The position numbers and the translations under genes were made by a program. Below, piece after piece: positions 17,533-29,506 of a DNA stretch of 33,909 nucleotides. The notes below the pieces were generated by a model, which searched no databases, had not been told where the DNA came from, and worked only from the letters and a program-made list of their open reading frames with translations. Source of the stretch: a virus; the UHGV virus genome UHGV-1464012; one strand, 5' to 3'. Within the stretch, counting starts at the first letter, position 1; each line of letters starts with the position of its first letter.

Positions 17533-19731
17533 ATGGCAGAAAAAAAGATGACTGACTGGCATCGCAAGGTGCTGTGCAACTTTGATAATGCCTGGTCAGC
17601 AACGCAGGATATGCGTGAGCAGATTATTGAGGCTCAACGTTTCGTCCGGGTGTCCGGCGCACAGTGGGAAGGCAGCACAAACGCTGGTTACTCATTTGAT
17701 GAAGGCAGGTTTGAGCATTACCCGCGCTTTGAACTGAATAAGATTGCCCGTGAATGTGATCGCATCATTGGCGAGTATCGACAGAATCGCATCAGCGTTA
17801 AATTCAGGCCGAAGGATGACAAGGCATCGGAAGCGTTAGCCGAAAAGATGAACGGCAAATTCCGCGCTGATTATCAGGAAACATCCGGTGGCGAAGCGTG
17901 TGATAACGCATTTGATGATGCTGTAACGGGCGGATTCGGTTGTTTCCGCATGTGTGCTGATTACGAAGATGAAATGGATCCGAGTAACGAGCAGCGACGC
18001 ATCAGCCTTCTTCCTGTTTACGACCCGGCGACATGCGTCTTCTTCGATCAGGACAGCAAGCAATATGACCGCTCTGATGCTATGTGGGCTATGGAAATGT
18101 TCTCCATGACGCCTAAAGCGTTCGAGGCTGAATACCCTGATTCCATCGCGGCAAGCCTTTCTCGTGATGACACTGGTACTCAGTATGACTGGTCAACGCC
18201 TGACGCCATCTATGTTGGACGCTACTACGAAGTCCGCATAGAGAAGGTGAAGCTCACAGCATGGCGTAACCCTGTCAGCGGAGAAACGGCAATCTATGAT
18301 GAAGAGCAAATCAAAGATATTGTCGACGAGCTGACCGATGGTGCATTCGAACTGATTGGCGAGCGAACGGTGAAGAAACGCCGAGTTTATTGCGGTCTTC
18401 TGTCTGGCGCTGAATGGCTGGAAGAACCGAAGCGTATTCCGGGCGAACATATTCCTCTCATCCCGGTATATGGGCGTCGTTCATTTGTTGATAATCAGGA
18501 GCGAATCGAAGGCCACGCAGCAAAAGCGATGGATGCACAGCGTCTTGAGAACCTGATGGTTTCCATGATTGCAGATAACGCCACTCAGGCTGGCGGTGAT
18601 GGCATTCCTATCGTGGATGTTGATTTCATTCCCGGCCCATTAATGAACCACTGGGCAGAGAGGAATAAGAAAAGACCTGCAGTTCTTCCTATGACCAGCA
18701 AGAAGGACAAAAACGGAACGGTCATTTCAGAGGCTCAGGTTGCTGGCTGGACACCTCCGACACAAATGCCTCCAGCTCTTGCAGGGCTATTGCAGTACAC
18801 CGGAACGGCTATTCAGCAAATTACAGGTGCGTCGCAGCTTGAGAACATGCCGAGCAACGTCGCTACCGATACCGTTGATAGCATCTTTAACCGGATGGAC
18901 ACGCAGTCCTATATCTACATGGACAACATGGCTAAATCCATGCGCCGTGCTGGCGTCGTGTGGCTTTCTATGGCTCGTGAAGTCTATGGCAGCGATACGC
19001 CAATGCGCATCGTTAATGAGGATGACAGCGATGACGTGGCGCTGATGACTGGTGAAGTGGTTGACCGTCAGACAGGGCAGGTTATCGCGCTTAACGACCT
19101 TTCGCAGGGTAACTATGAAGTGACTGTCGATGTCGGTCAGTCGTTCGCTACTCGCCGTGATGCAACGGTTAAGTCGTTACTTTCCATGCTGGCACTTATC
19201 CCGCCAGGAACGCCGAAGCATGACCTTGTATCGTCGATGATTCTCGACAATATGGACGGCGAAGGGATGGACGACCTGAAAGAATACAACCGCAATCAGT
19301 TGCTTCTGTCTGGCGTTATCAAGCCGAGAACGCCTGAAGAACAGCAAATGGTTGAGCAGGCGAAACAACAACAGGCCAGTCAGCCAGATCCGGCTATGGT
19401 TGCAGCGCAAGGTCAGCTTCTGGCTGGTCAGGCTGAATTGCAGAAAGCGCAGAACGAACAGGCAGCCATTCAGGTTAAAGCATTCCAGGCACAGACTGAT
19501 GCTCAGGTTGCAGCGGCAAATGTTGTGAAAATCCTCGCATCTGCCGATAGCCAGCAGAAATCTGATATCCGCGAGGCTCTGAAACTGCTCGGACAGTTCC
19601 AGCAACAGCAAGGAGACAATGCCCGTGCTGATGCAGAGCTTGTCCTGAAAAGTCAGGCACAGGGCCATGCGCAGCGCATGGACATCAGCAGCATCCTGCA
19701 AAAATCAACTCAGCAACAACCACAGCAGTAA
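17533..19731 (+). CDS. portal protein (P22 gp1-like)
   Basis: 732 aa; segments such as GEHIPLIPVYG and PAMVAAQGQLLAGQAELQKAQNEQ resemble P22 portal as I recall it; Gln-rich C-terminal barrel region. Confidence 0.9.
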   Translation: MAEKKMTDWHRKVLCNFDNAWSATQDMREQIIEAQRFVRVSGAQWEGSTNAGYSFDEGRFEHYPRFELNKIARECDRIIGEYRQNRISVKFRPKDDKASEALAEKMNGKFRADYQETSGGEACDNAFDDAVTGGFGCFRMCADYEDEMDPSNEQRRISLLPVYDPATCVFFDQDSKQYDRSDAMWAMEMFSMTPKAFEAEYPDSIAASLSRDDTGTQYDWSTPDAIYVGRYYEVRIEKVKLTAWRNPVSGETAIYDEEQIKDIVDELTDGAFELIGERTVKKRRVYCGLLSGAEWLEEPKRIPGEHIPLIPVYGRRSFVDNQERIEGHAAKAMDAQRLENLMVSMIADNATQAGGDGIPIVDVDFIPGPLMNHWAERNKKRPAVLPMTSKKDKNGTVISEAQVAGWTPPTQMPPALAGLLQYTGTAIQQITGASQLENMPSNVATDTVDSIFNRMDTQSYIYMDNMAKSMRRAGVVWLSMAREVYGSDTPMRIVNEDDSDDVALMTGEVVDRQTGQVIALNDLSQGNYEVTVDVGQSFATRRDATVKSLLSMLALIPPGTPKHDLVSSMILDNMDGEGMDDLKEYNRNQLLLSGVIKPRTPEEQQMVEQAKQQQASQPDPAMVAAQGQLLAGQAELQKAQNEQAAIQVKAFQAQTDAQVAAANVVKILASADSQQKSDIREALKLLGQFQQQQGDNARADAELVLKSQAQGHAQRMDISSILQKSTQQQPQQ

Positions 19732-19821
19732 TTAACCCATAACGTGCAATGGCTGTCTTTATGAGGCCTGGCACCCTATTGCCTTCCGATGGGCTGAACA
19801 TCGAGTAAACAGGGGTAACAA

Positions 19822-20718
19822 ATGGACCAGATGGCAGAAAACACACCAGAAGTTGAAATCGAAACCGACGCGTCAGAGCAGATTCCTGATGATGTCGAAC
19901 TGGCTGAAGAAGTCGAAACAGCAGATGGCAGTGAGTCCTCAGGAAATGATGCAGAGGAAGCTACTGACACTGATGACGACGAATCAGAACAGGAATTCTA
20001 CTTTGGTGACGAAAAGCTGGATTCGCCAACCAGCGAAGATGGCGCAGAGCATGGACTGGTAAAACACCTGCGCAAGACGATTAAAGAGAAAGACCGTGAG
20101 CTGAAAGAGCTGATGCGTCAGTCTCAGAAACCCGTCGAGCAGCAGCCGGTAATCACTCAACCACCGCGAATGCCAAAACTGGATGATGAGGACATCGGTT
20201 TCGATGAAGAAATCTATCAGCAACGCATGGCTAAGTGGGCAGAGGATAACGGCAAATACCAGGAGCAAGTACGAGAGCGGAAACGAGAGGAAGAGGCGCG
20301 TACCGCAACGCTTCAGCAGAAAGCAGCCAATTACATGCATAGAGTAAAAGCACTGAAAGTGGCTGGTTACCAGGATGCAGAGCAGGCTGTACGCGAAGAT
20401 GTTCCTGTTCACATTCAGGACATGATCCTTCTTGAGTCAGAGAAGCCGGAAATCGTTGTTCTGGCACTCGGTCGCAACGCTGAACTGCGCAAGCAACTGG
20501 CAGAAGCTACCAACCCCGTAGCAATTGGTCGTCTGCTGGAACGTATCGAATCGAAGGCCAGAATCATGCCAAAAGCAAAAACCACGGCAGCCACAACCCC
20601 GACAGTTAAGGGGAGCAACGGCGCAGTAATCAATAACCTCGACAAACTTCTCGAAAAAGCGCGCGACACCGGTGATTACACCGAATACCGGGCGGCGAAG
20701 AACAAAGCTAAAAAATAA
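19822..20718 (+). CDS. scaffolding protein (P22 gp8-like)
   Basis: 298 aa, highly acidic N-terminus, helical and charged; lies between portal and coat. Confidence 0.8.
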   Translation: MDQMAENTPEVEIETDASEQIPDDVELAEEVETADGSESSGNDAEEATDTDDDESEQEFYFGDEKLDSPTSEDGAEHGLVKHLRKTIKEKDRELKELMRQSQKPVEQQPVITQPPRMPKLDDEDIGFDEEIYQQRMAKWAEDNGKYQEQVRERKREEEARTATLQQKAANYMHRVKALKVAGYQDAEQAVREDVPVHIQDMILLESEKPEIVVLALGRNAELRKQLAEATNPVAIGRLLERIESKARIMPKAKTTAATTPTVKGSNGAVINNLDKLLEKARDTGDYTEYRAAKNKAKK

Positions 20719-20738
20719 TCCATCGGAGCTAAATACCT

Positions 20739-21998
20739 ATGTCTAACCAGTTAACAAAAGACCTCGAAATCCTCTTTGAGAGCGTCATTGATAGTTTTGA
20801 GGCGTCCAATGTCGTTTCCCGCGAGTGCAGCAAGTTCCGACCGGGCGACATTGAAATGCAGCGCGCTGGCGACGTTGTTTATCGCCCTCAGGGCTACCAC
20901 CTGAAAACCGTGAGCGGACTTGATCTGACTTCGGCCACTGCAAACTCACTCGTTCAGCGTCAGGTGCCTGCTCGCTTCCGCGAGCCAGAGAACGTCATCT
21001 ACGAACTGGACGCAAAAGAAATGCGCGATCCGTGGCACAAAGAGCAGGCTGGCAAGGCGGCGGGTCGCCAGTTGGCGGCGTGGGTTGATAACATGATCGT
21101 CGATGAGGTGGTCGCTCGCTCCACCAACGTGGTCACCATTAAATCGGCGTCCACCGGTAGCACTCTCGGCGAAGAACTCTGGAACGCATCGGCTGACGTT
21201 GATGCAATGATGCTGTCCATTGGTGTGCCTCAGGGTGGTCAGCGCAAGGCGTTCTACAACCCGTTCAACTACAAAGACCTGGCTAAGGAGCTTGGCTCTC
21301 GCGCATATGCGGTCGGTGCAACTCTGACAGCCTATGAGAAAGCTCAGATTCCACCTGTGGCATCCTTCGACAGTTTCCGCGTTGATTATGCTGGCGCAAT
21401 GAAGGCTGGTTCAGCTACCGCTGTAACTCTCGGCGGCGCAGTAAAACACAAAGTTACCGCGATGGATTCCAACGGCGCGCCTACCGATAACCGCCAGGGT
21501 GACATCACCGTATCCACTGCTGGCGTACTGGCTGTCGGCGATGCATTCACTATCGCAGGCGTTAACAGTGTCCACATGATCAAGAAGGTGGATACAGGTA
21601 AGCCGCAGGTATTCCGCGTCCTGGCAGTAAATGGCACTACCGTTACCATCAGCCCGAAAATTCTGCCACCAGACAACGCGGATAAGGCGTCTATTCCTTA
21701 CCAGAACGTTACCGCCAATCCGGTGGCAAACGCGGCGATCACCATCCTCAACAAGAAGGCTGCGGCTTCCAACATCTTCTTCGCTGAGGGTTCTGTTGAG
21801 CTGATGTATGGCAAGTTGGCATTCCCTACCGGCCAGGGTCCGCAGGTTATGACCGCAAGGACCGAGCAGGGTGCGACCATCATCATGGCTTACCAGTTCG
21901 ACGCTAAATCTGGCAAAACGTGGACTCGCTTCACCACGCTGGCTGGCGCAAGCGTACTGGTCCCGGAATTCACCGGCCTGGTACTGGCTAACCAGTAA
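20739..21998 (+). CDS. major coat protein (P22-like coat family, diverged from P22 gp5)
   Basis: 419 aa in the coat position, followed by a strong terminator. Confidence 0.8.
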   Translation: MSNQLTKDLEILFESVIDSFEASNVVSRECSKFRPGDIEMQRAGDVVYRPQGYHLKTVSGLDLTSATANSLVQRQVPARFREPENVIYELDAKEMRDPWHKEQAGKAAGRQLAAWVDNMIVDEVVARSTNVVTIKSASTGSTLGEELWNASADVDAMMLSIGVPQGGQRKAFYNPFNYKDLAKELGSRAYAVGATLTAYEKAQIPPVASFDSFRVDYAGAMKAGSATAVTLGGAVKHKVTAMDSNGAPTDNRQGDITVSTAGVLAVGDAFTIAGVNSVHMIKKVDTGKPQVFRVLAVNGTTVTISPKILPPDNADKASIPYQNVTANPVANAAITILNKKAAASNIFFAEGSVELMYGKLAFPTGQGPQVMTARTEQGATIIMAYQFDAKSGKTWTRFTTLAGASVLVPEFTGLVLANQ

Positions 21999-22000
21999 TC

Positions 22001-22029
22001 CAAGGGGCTTCGGCCCCTCTTTTTTTTTG
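22001..22029 (+). terminator. rho-independent terminator after the coat gene
   Basis: AGGGGC-TTCG-GCCCCT hairpin followed by a run of about 9 T. Confidence 0.6.
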
Positions 22030-22038
22030 GAGATCGAA

Positions 22039-22227
22039 ATGTCTCAAATCATGCTTTATAAGCCGGGATCGATGATCACCTGCGGCCCCCACTCGCTGGA
22101 TTACATCATCGTTGATGACGAAGAAGTTAAATCTCACCTGAAAAAAGGCTGGGTAAAAACTCCTGAAGAAACCGCAACGAAGCAAAAAGTGGCTAAGGCG
22201 GAAGAAGATGGCGAAAACGAAGGGTGA
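22039..22227 (+). CDS. small hypothetical protein (62 aa)
   Basis: Internal ATG of the track ORF 21871..22227, preceded by GGAG; lies between the terminator and the gp4-like gene. Confidence 0.4.
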   Translation: MSQIMLYKPGSMITCGPHSLDYIIVDDEEVKSHLKKGWVKTPEETATKQKVAKAEEDGENEG

Positions 22228-22669
22228 TCTCGTTCTAAAGGCTTTACGAAAAGCCGGGCTGTATTCCAATGCCACGTTGACAGATGCTGACCCTCAGGCA
22301 ATTGAAGATGCCATTAATGACCTCGAAGACATGATGGCAGCATGGCAGGCTAAAGGTATCGAGCTTGGATATCAGTTTGCTGATACAGAAAACGGCATCA
22401 TGCCGTTACCTGACGATGATTCAGGTATCCCTGCATGGGCAAATGATGGCGTCGCTTTGAAACTCGCTGTGCAAGTGTGCATGGATAACGTCATTCAGCC
22501 GTCAGACGCTCTCCTTACCGCTGCTGACAGTGCATATCAAACAATCTGTATCGCTTTAACCAAAATACCACCACTTGAGCGACGAAATGACATGCCTCGC
22601 GGGGCGGGGTTAAAAAGCGCGTTTACGTGGAATCGGTTTTACATCGAGAAAGATGATCCGAGTACGTGA
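22208..22669 (+). CDS. head-to-tail adaptor / tail accessory protein (P22 gp4-like)
   Basis: N-terminus (KTKGDLVLKALRKAGLYSNATLTDADPQAIEDAINDLEDMMAAWQ) resembles P22 gp4 as I recall it. Confidence 0.75.
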   Translation: MAKTKGDLVLKALRKAGLYSNATLTDADPQAIEDAINDLEDMMAAWQAKGIELGYQFADTENGIMPLPDDDSGIPAWANDGVALKLAVQVCMDNVIQPSDALLTAADSAYQTICIALTKIPPLERRNDMPRGAGLKSAFTWNRFYIEKDDPST

Positions 22670-22678
22670 GGTGAATAA

Positions 22679-24097
22679 ATGCCGATTCAGCAACTTCCGC
22701 TTATGAAAGGTGTCGGCAAAGACTTTCGAAACGCCGACTATATCGACTATCTGCCAGTGAATATGCTGGCTACGCCCAAAGAAATACTCAACAGCAGCGG
22801 ATATCTTCGCTCATTCCCGGGCATTGCCAAACGTTCTGATGTGAACGGCGTATCGCGGGGCGTCGAGTACAACATGGCGCAGAATGCTGTTTATCGCGTA
22901 TGTGGTGGTAAGCTGTACAAAGGAGAAAGTGAAGTCGGTGACGTCGCCGGAAGTGGTCGCGTATCAATGGCGCATGGTCGAACATCACAGGCGGTAGGCG
23001 TTAATGGTCAACTGGTCGAATACCGCTATGATGGCACGGTTAAAACCGTCTCAAACTGGCCTACAGACAGCGGATTCACGCAGTATGAGTTAGGCTCAGT
23101 CCGCGACATTACGCGCTTGCGTGGGCGTTATGCGTGGTCAAAAGACGGCACTGATTCATGGTTTATCACTGACCCTGAAGACGAATCGCATCCTGACCGT
23201 TACAGCGCACAATATCGCGCAGAATCTCAGCCGGACGGCATCATCGGCATCGGAACATGGCGAGACTTCATCGTCTGCTTTGGCTCATCGACGATTGAAT
23301 ATTTCTCCCTGACGGGCGCAACCACTGTTGGTGCCGCTTTGTATGTCGCCCAGCCATCGTTGATGGTGCAAAAAGGAATCGCCGGAACCTACTGCAAAAC
23401 GCCGTTTGCTGATTCGTATGCGTTCATCAGCAATCCGGCAACAGGTGCGCCGTCTGTGTACATCATCGGCTCCGGTCAGGTGTCACCAATCGCCAGCGCG
23501 AGCATTGAGAAAATCCTCCGCTCCTACACTGCTGATGAACTGGCTGATGGCGTGATGGAGTCTCTGCGCTTTGATGCTCATGAGTTGCTGATTATCCACC
23601 TTCCGCGCCATGTTCTCGTGTACGACGCATCTTCAAGCGCCAATGGTCCGCAATGGTGTGTGCTGAAAACAGGCTTGTATGACGATGTGTACCGCGCTAT
23701 CGACTTCATTTACGAAGGCAATCAGATAACGTGCGGAGATAAGCTGGAATCGGTTATCGGCAAATTGCAGTTCGATATCAGCAGCCAGTATGGGCTACAG
23801 CAAGAACACCTGTTGTTTACACCACTCTTCAAAGCTGAGAACGCCAGATGTTTTGATCTGGAAGTTGAATCATCGACTGGTGTCGCTCAGTACGCTGACC
23901 GCCTGTTCCTCTCTGCAACCACTGACGGCATCAATTACGGACGTGAGCAGATGATTGAGCAGAATGAACCGTTCGTTTACGACAAACGCGTTTTGTGGAA
24001 GCGAGTAGGGCGCATCAGGAAAAATGTCGGCTTCAAATTGCGCGTTATCACGAAGTCACCTGTCACTCTGTCTGGCGCTCAGATAAGGATCGAGTAA
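22679..24097 (+). CDS. tail accessory protein (P22 gp10-like)
   Basis: 472 aa, the same length as P22 gp10; N-terminus [16 protein letters not shown]... matches my recollection. Confidence 0.8.
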   Translation: MPIQQLPLMKGVGKDFRNADYIDYLPVNMLATPKEILNSSGYLRSFPGIAKRSDVNGVSRGVEYNMAQNAVYRVCGGKLYKGESEVGDVAGSGRVSMAHGRTSQAVGVNGQLVEYRYDGTVKTVSNWPTDSGFTQYELGSVRDITRLRGRYAWSKDGTDSWFITDPEDESHPDRYSAQYRAESQPDGIIGIGTWRDFIVCFGSSTIEYFSLTGATTVGAALYVAQPSLMVQKGIAGTYCKTPFADSYAFISNPATGAPSVYIIGSGQVSPIASASIEKILRSYTADELADGVMESLRFDAHELLIIHLPRHVLVYDASSSANGPQWCVLKTGLYDDVYRAIDFIYEGNQITCGDKLESVIGKLQFDISSQYGLQQEHLLFTPLFKAENARCFDLEVESSTGVAQYADRLFLSATTDGINYGREQMIEQNEPFVYDKRVLWKRVGRIRKNVGFKLRVITKSPVTLSGAQIRIE

Positions 24098-24798
24098 TGG
24101 CTGATTCGAATCTCAACACCCCTGTTATTGTGCAGGCGACGCGGCTCGATACATCAATCCTTCCACGCAATATATTCAGCCAGTCTTACCTGCTGTATGT
24201 CATTAATCAGGGGGCTGATGTCGGCGCAATTGCCGGGAAGGCAAATCAGGCTGGTCAGGGCGCTTACGATGCTCAGGTGAAAAACGATGAACAGGACGTC
24301 GAACTGGCAGATCACGATTCAAGAATCACCGCAAACACAAAAGCGATAAATCTCCTTGAGGTCAGGTTAACAACCGCCGAAGGGAAGATAGTCGTACTGC
24401 GTAGCGATGTTGATTACTTGCTGGATGAGGTTATCGATATTCAGGCGCATCTGGTCACTGTTGACAAAAGACTGGATGACGTAGAAAACGATGTCTCTGG
24501 CATTAAGAGTGATTACGTATCGAAAACCGTAACAGAATCGCAGTCTCTTGCGTCACCGCTGGATGTAAAAACATCATATTCAGTTGATGGAATTCAGGTT
24601 GTTGGAGCAAGAAATACCGGATGGACTGCAGCCACAGGTACGCCACTTCTTGGCTCATTCAACGCTAACCAGTCATACACTGTCGGCACTACGTACACAC
24701 AATCCGAAGTCGCAGCTCTCGCTACAGGTTTGCAGCAGGCGCGGCAGCGTATTCTGGCGCTTGAAACAGCACTTAGATTACATGGGCTGATTGACTGA
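24097..24798 (+). CDS. tail needle protein (P22 gp26-like)
   Basis: Internal start [35 protein letters not shown]... strongly resembles the P22 gp26 N-terminus; coiled-coil repeats; TAATG overlap with the gp10-like stop. Confidence 0.85.
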   Translation: MADSNLNTPVIVQATRLDTSILPRNIFSQSYLLYVINQGADVGAIAGKANQAGQGAYDAQVKNDEQDVELADHDSRITANTKAINLLEVRLTTAEGKIVVLRSDVDYLLDEVIDIQAHLVTVDKRLDDVENDVSGIKSDYVSKTVTESQSLASPLDVKTSYSVDGIQVVGARNTGWTAATGTPLLGSFNANQSYTVGTTYTQSEVAALATGLQQARQRILALETALRLHGLID

Positions 24799-25253
24799 TG
24801 ATTACATTCAAACCAACGCGAAACATCGACCTGATAGAAGCAGTAGGAAATCACCCTGACATTATTGCTGGAAGCAACAACGGTGATGGATACGACTACA
24901 AGCCTGAATGCCGTTACTTTGAGGTTAACGTGCACGGTCAGTTTGGCGGCATTGTTTACTACCAGGAGATTCAGCCGCTTACATTCGATTGCCACGCCAT
25001 GTACCTGCCAGAGGTTCGCGGATTCAGCAAGGAAATCGGGCTGGCGTTCTGGCGATACATTCTGACTAACACCACCGTTCAGTGCGTCACATCGTTCGCT
25101 GCACGCAAATTCCGCCACGGGCAGATGTACTGCGCAATTATTGGCCTTAAGCGTGTAGGAACCATCAAGAAATACTTCAAAGGCGTGGATGACGTGACTT
25201 TTTACAGCGCCACACGCGAAGAACTAATCGACTTCCTGAATCACGGGAGATAG
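24798..25253 (+). CDS. head assembly / ejection-associated protein (gp14 position)
   Basis: Called by conserved gene order after the needle gene. Confidence 0.5.
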   Translation: MITFKPTRNIDLIEAVGNHPDIIAGSNNGDGYDYKPECRYFEVNVHGQFGGIVYYQEIQPLTFDCHAMYLPEVRGFSKEIGLAFWRYILTNTTVQCVTSFAARKFRHGQMYCAIIGLKRVGTIKKYFKGVDDVTFYSATREELIDFLNHGR

Positions 25254-25255
25254 CC

Positions 25256-25948
25256 ATGTTATATGCATTTAAGCTGGGCAGAAAACTGCGCGGCGAGGAA
25301 CCTTATTGCCCTGAAAAAGGCGGGAAAGGTGGCAGTTCTGATAAAAGTGCAAAGTATGCCGCAGAAGCTCAGAAGTATGCCGCAGACCTGCAAAATAAGC
25401 AGTTCAACACCATCATGAACAACCTGAAGCCGTTTACTCCTCTGGCTGGGAAGTATGTCGGCAGCCTTGAGAACTTATCGTCTCTGGAAGGGCAAGGTCA
25501 GGCACTTAACCAGTATTACAACTCTCAGCAGTACAAAGATCTTGCTGGTCAGGCTCGCTATCAGAGTCTGGCTGCAGCGGAAGCAACAGGTGGATTGGGT
25601 TCCACCGCAACCAGTAATCAGTTAGCAACAATCGCACCAACGCTTGGTCAGCAATGGCTATCTGGACAAATGAACAATTACAACAACCTGGCAAATATCG
25701 GTCTTGGCGCTCTTCAGGGACAGGCAAACGCCGGGCAAACATATGCCAACAACATGAGTCAGATTTCACAGCAAAGCGCGGCGCTGGCGGCGGCAAACGC
25801 CAACCGACCGTCAGCATTGCGGCAGGGTGTTAGTGGTGCTGCATCCGGTGCGCTTTTGGGTGGTGGTATAGCCAGTGCTCTCGAGCTATCAACTCCGTGG
25901 GGTGCTGGTATCGGTGCTGGTCTTGGTCTGCTTGGTTCGCTGTTTTAA
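25256..25948 (+). CDS. ejection (DNA transfer) protein, gp7-like
   Basis: 230 aa, Gly/Ala/Gln-rich low-complexity protein in the gp7 position. Confidence 0.7.
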   Translation: MLYAFKLGRKLRGEEPYCPEKGGKGGSSDKSAKYAAEAQKYAADLQNKQFNTIMNNLKPFTPLAGKYVGSLENLSSLEGQGQALNQYYNSQQYKDLAGQARYQSLAAAEATGGLGSTATSNQLATIAPTLGQQWLSGQMNNYNNLANIGLGALQGQANAGQTYANNMSQISQQSAALAAANANRPSALRQGVSGAASGALLGGGIASALELSTPWGAGIGAGLGLLGSLF

Positions 25949-25958
25949 GGGGTAATCA

Positions 25959-27374
25959 ATGGCTGCTTGGCAACAGGGTATTAATTCTGGTGGTTTTCTG
26001 GCTGGCATCGGTACGCAAAATGAGAATGCGCCAAAGGCAAGCGACATTAACGCAACGCTTGGTCTGATCCGCGAAAACAATGAACTGGCTCGCTCAGGTA
26101 CAAATAACGTTGGTCTGACCGCGTTACGTGGTCTGGCTGGAGTTGCTGATATTTACAATCAGGAACAGCAACAGAAAGCGATTAGTGCGTTCAATAAGGT
26201 TCATGCTGATGCATGGGCTTCTGGTGATCCATCGGGACTATTTAAGTTTGCCCAGGAAAATCCAGCGTTTGTTGCACAGGCACAACAGGCGTTTTCAGGT
26301 CTTAATGATCAGCAACGCAACGATATGGGCGATTTAGCCATGAGAGCTAACGTCGCTCTTTCTCAGGGACCGGAAGCCTACAGTAAATTCATTACTGACA
26401 ACAAGGACAGGTTAAATCGCGTGGGGGCGAATGCTGACTGGATGATTCAGACAGGTATCCAGAATCCAGAGCAGCTATCACACATGCTGACTACTATGTC
26501 TCTCGGTGCGCTTGGACCAGAAAAGGCGTTTGCTGTTCAGGACAAGATGGCTGGTCGTGAAATTGACCGAGGCAGACTGGCAGAGACAATCCGCAGCAAT
26601 CAGGCTGGAGAAGCACTTCAGGCGAGAGGGCAAAACCTTTCCTATCAGTCAGCAATGACTGGGCACAATATCGCAGCACAACGCTTGGCTCTGGATCAGC
26701 AAGAGTTTGGGTTTAAGATGCAGCAAGCGCAGGAAAAGGCTCAGCAGTTGATTAGCGAAGCACCTAAGCTGTCAGTAAACATGGAAAAAGGCATCGAGAC
26801 GGCTGTAAACAATGCCACAGCATCATCAAACTCAGCCAATTCCATGAGTGCGCTTGCTCAACAGTTCAGAGCAGAAAAACCAACGACAGGTTTGTTCGGT
26901 AACGCACAGAACATGTTCGCAAAACTTACCGGAAGCGATACGACATTGCGTGATTTGCGCATTCGCCAAAATGCCCTTGTTAACAGTCAGGTTCTTAAAT
27001 TCCTACCTCCCGGCCCAGCAACGGATAAAGACGTTGAGATCGTTCGACAGGGTGCGCCAACTGACATGGATAACCCTGAGACGGTCGCAAGATGGCTTGA
27101 TGCAATGGCAAACCTTGAGCGACGAAACGCGCAGTTTAATGAGTTTAAAGCCGAGTGGATGAGCGCGAATGGCAACCCTGGACAATCGCGTAATGGCGGT
27201 CAGATATTGGGGTTGGATGTTAAAAAAGGTGAATCATTGGGGAGTGCCGTTAAGCGGTATATGTCATTGAATACTGACGCAGCGCCAGCACAAGATTCGA
27301 CACCTTCAGGAGAACCACGGAATCAGGTTGGATCATATACCTCAAAATCAGGCATTCAATTTACGGTGGAATGA
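25959..27374 (+). CDS. ejection (DNA transfer) protein, gp20-like
   Basis: 471 aa (P22 gp20 is about 470 aa) in the gp20 position. Confidence 0.75.
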   Translation: MAAWQQGINSGGFLAGIGTQNENAPKASDINATLGLIRENNELARSGTNNVGLTALRGLAGVADIYNQEQQQKAISAFNKVHADAWASGDPSGLFKFAQENPAFVAQAQQAFSGLNDQQRNDMGDLAMRANVALSQGPEAYSKFITDNKDRLNRVGANADWMIQTGIQNPEQLSHMLTTMSLGALGPEKAFAVQDKMAGREIDRGRLAETIRSNQAGEALQARGQNLSYQSAMTGHNIAAQRLALDQQEFGFKMQQAQEKAQQLISEAPKLSVNMEKGIETAVNNATASSNSANSMSALAQQFRAEKPTTGLFGNAQNMFAKLTGSDTTLRDLRIRQNALVNSQVLKFLPPGPATDKDVEIVRQGAPTDMDNPETVARWLDAMANLERRNAQFNEFKAEWMSANGNPGQSRNGGQILGLDVKKGESLGSAVKRYMSLNTDAAPAQDSTPSGEPRNQVGSYTSKSGIQFTVE

Positions 27375-29506
27375 TGAAAGTTACTGCAAACGGTAAGACA
27401 TTTACCTTTCCTGATGGTACGAGCACGGAAGATATTGGCACCGCCATTGATGAGTATTTTGCTGGTCAGGCTGTTCAGCAACAAACAGTTAATCAGGCCA
27501 ATAATGCACCAACACGGGAAGAACCATCATTGATGCAACAAGCTGGCGATTGGCTCACTGGTGGTCAAAGTGCAGGGCAAATTGCAGAACAGGCTGGTCG
27601 TGGTCTGGTAAACATACCATTTGACGTATTACAGGGCGGCGCAAGTCTGATTAATGCAATCAGTCAGGGGCTTGGTGGCCCCAAGGTTTTGGATGATGTT
27701 TATCGTCCAGTAGACAGACCGACAGACCCCTACGCGCAAGCCGGTGAAACAATTGGTGGGTATCTCCTGCCAATTGGCACAGCGGCAAAAGCTGCTGGAG
27801 CGCCAGCAAAGCTCGCTGGAGATATCGGTTCCGCAGGAAACATGATTGCAGGTTCTCTTGCTGATGCTGCAAATCAGGAGGGCGACTTTGCACAAAATGC
27901 TGCCATTAACGGTGGTATCAATATTGGTGCTCAGGGGATACTTTCTGGGGCTGGAAGGATCTTAACCTCTAAATCACCTCAAGTTCTTGGTGGCGGGGCA
28001 ATAAATTCCGCTGCTGATGTTTCGAAAATGGCAAAGTCTGGTACAGGAAGAGAGATTATTGCCAGACAGTCAGCTAATGTGTCAGACGAAATAGCAAAAG
28101 CAGCAGATACTGCTGGAATAGATATCAACGCATTAACTCCTGGCATGAGATCAGGTAGTCGTGGTCTTGCTCAGGCGGAGGGGATTCTGGCGTCAAAGCC
28201 CGGAATTACACAGGATGCACACACCAAAGCATTCAGTGAAATAGAGTTGAAATTTAACTCAGCATTGGATGAGTTTGGGGCTGAAGCAGGAACTGCATCA
28301 GAAAAAAGTGCAGCCATAAAACAAAGGGTTTTGGCAAGTATTGATAAAATGAAAAATTCAGAAAAGGCCGCATGGGATAGCGTCCGCTCCACGATGCCTG
28401 ACGCAAAGGCCAGAATGTCAAACCTGAACGCTACAATTCAGGGTGATATTTTGGCTGGCATGCCGCTAACTCCTGAGATGAAACAATTCGCATCTGCTTA
28501 TGCTAAAACTGGTAAAAAAGGAATCACGTTTGATGCCATGAAGGCATGGCGAAGTAAACTTGCTGACGCAGAGCAGAAGTATATAAGGTCTGGTGAGGCA
28601 AATACGGCAAGGCGCATGGCTGAGCTTCGTGATGCAGCAACGGAAGATATGCGCATAATGGCTCAAAATGGCGGTTTTCTTGATGACTGGCAAAAAGCTA
28701 ATGATCTGTCAAAGGCAAGATTTACAGCACAAGAACAGGCTGAAGCAGCGTTTGGTAGAGACCTTGCAACTGATCAGTTGGTAACTAATGGTTCTAAGGC
28801 GTTACAGGGTTCAGCAAAAAGTGGAACAGGTCAGTTCCATAAAATAATAAGCGCCCTACCTGAGTCGGAACGCGCGCCAGCAATTGCATCAATATTACAA
28901 GATGCAATGTCGCAAGGGGTACGCGGAGGTAAGTCTGAAGAGGCTGGAATTAAGCATATCGCGACTATTCTTACCCCACAAAACGTGAAGGCAATTAGTC
29001 GATATTCTCCAGAACTTGGCAGGATTACAAGTTCATACGGAGAACTTGCACGAGCAGCAACAAAGCCACTTCGATATGTTGAACAGACAGGGCGATCTAT
29101 GCCAGCCATTAGCACTCTTGAGAATGGCCTTCATCCAGTTTTAGAGAGCGCATTGTCTGGCGCTTTTAGAACTACTGGCACTATCGCAGGGTTCTCTGGA
29201 GGAGGCGTTATTGGAGCAATAGCGGGTGGCGCTGCAGGTGGGGCAATTGATGCAATGGCAAAAGGAGCGATAGCGAAATTATCCGCAACTAGAAGCGGTC
29301 GTTACGCTATTGAAAAGGCTGTTCAAGAGGCAACAAAGGCAGTTAAGGTTGGGGCAAGTGATGGCGCATTAGCGGCGGCGGAACGCAGATTTATGGCAAA
29401 TAAGGCCGCCGTAAAAGCAATACGCGAGGCACTAGGAAACGAAGAGTTCCAGCGTTTAGCAAGAGCTGGAATTGTGGCATCGCTAAGCGGAATGGCACAG
29501 GAGTAA
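27371..29506 (+). CDS. ejection (DNA transfer) protein, gp16-like
   Basis: 711 aa, Gly/Ala-rich; last of the three ejection-protein genes. Confidence 0.75.
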   Translation: MMKVTANGKTFTFPDGTSTEDIGTAIDEYFAGQAVQQQTVNQANNAPTREEPSLMQQAGDWLTGGQSAGQIAEQAGRGLVNIPFDVLQGGASLINAISQGLGGPKVLDDVYRPVDRPTDPYAQAGETIGGYLLPIGTAAKAAGAPAKLAGDIGSAGNMIAGSLADAANQEGDFAQNAAINGGINIGAQGILSGAGRILTSKSPQVLGGGAINSAADVSKMAKSGTGREIIARQSANVSDEIAKAADTAGIDINALTPGMRSGSRGLAQAEGILASKPGITQDAHTKAFSEIELKFNSALDEFGAEAGTASEKSAAIKQRVLASIDKMKNSEKAAWDSVRSTMPDAKARMSNLNATIQGDILAGMPLTPEMKQFASAYAKTGKKGITFDAMKAWRSKLADAEQKYIRSGEANTARRMAELRDAATEDMRIMAQNGGFLDDWQKANDLSKARFTAQEQAEAAFGRDLATDQLVTNGSKALQGSAKSGTGQFHKIISALPESERAPAIASILQDAMSQGVRGGKSEEAGIKHIATILTPQNVKAISRYSPELGRITSSYGELARAATKPLRYVEQTGRSMPAISTLENGLHPVLESALSGAFRTTGTIAGFSGGGVIGAIAGGAAGGAIDAMAKGAIAKLSATRSGRYAIEKAVQEATKAVKVGASDGALAAAERRFMANKAAVKAIREALGNEEFQRLARAGIVASLSGMAQE

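Noticed and set aside
17025-20412. Long antisense ORFs inside the terminase, portal and scaffold genes (for example 17025..17489, 19177..19701, 19984..20412)
   Set aside because: They lie opposite genes with strong assignments, have biased and atypical composition, and lack start context; they are typical of spurious antisense frames in GC-balanced coding DNA.
24594-25118. 174-aa minus-strand ORF overlapping the needle and gp14-like genes
   Set aside because: Antisense to two well-supported, tightly packed structural genes; no independent support.
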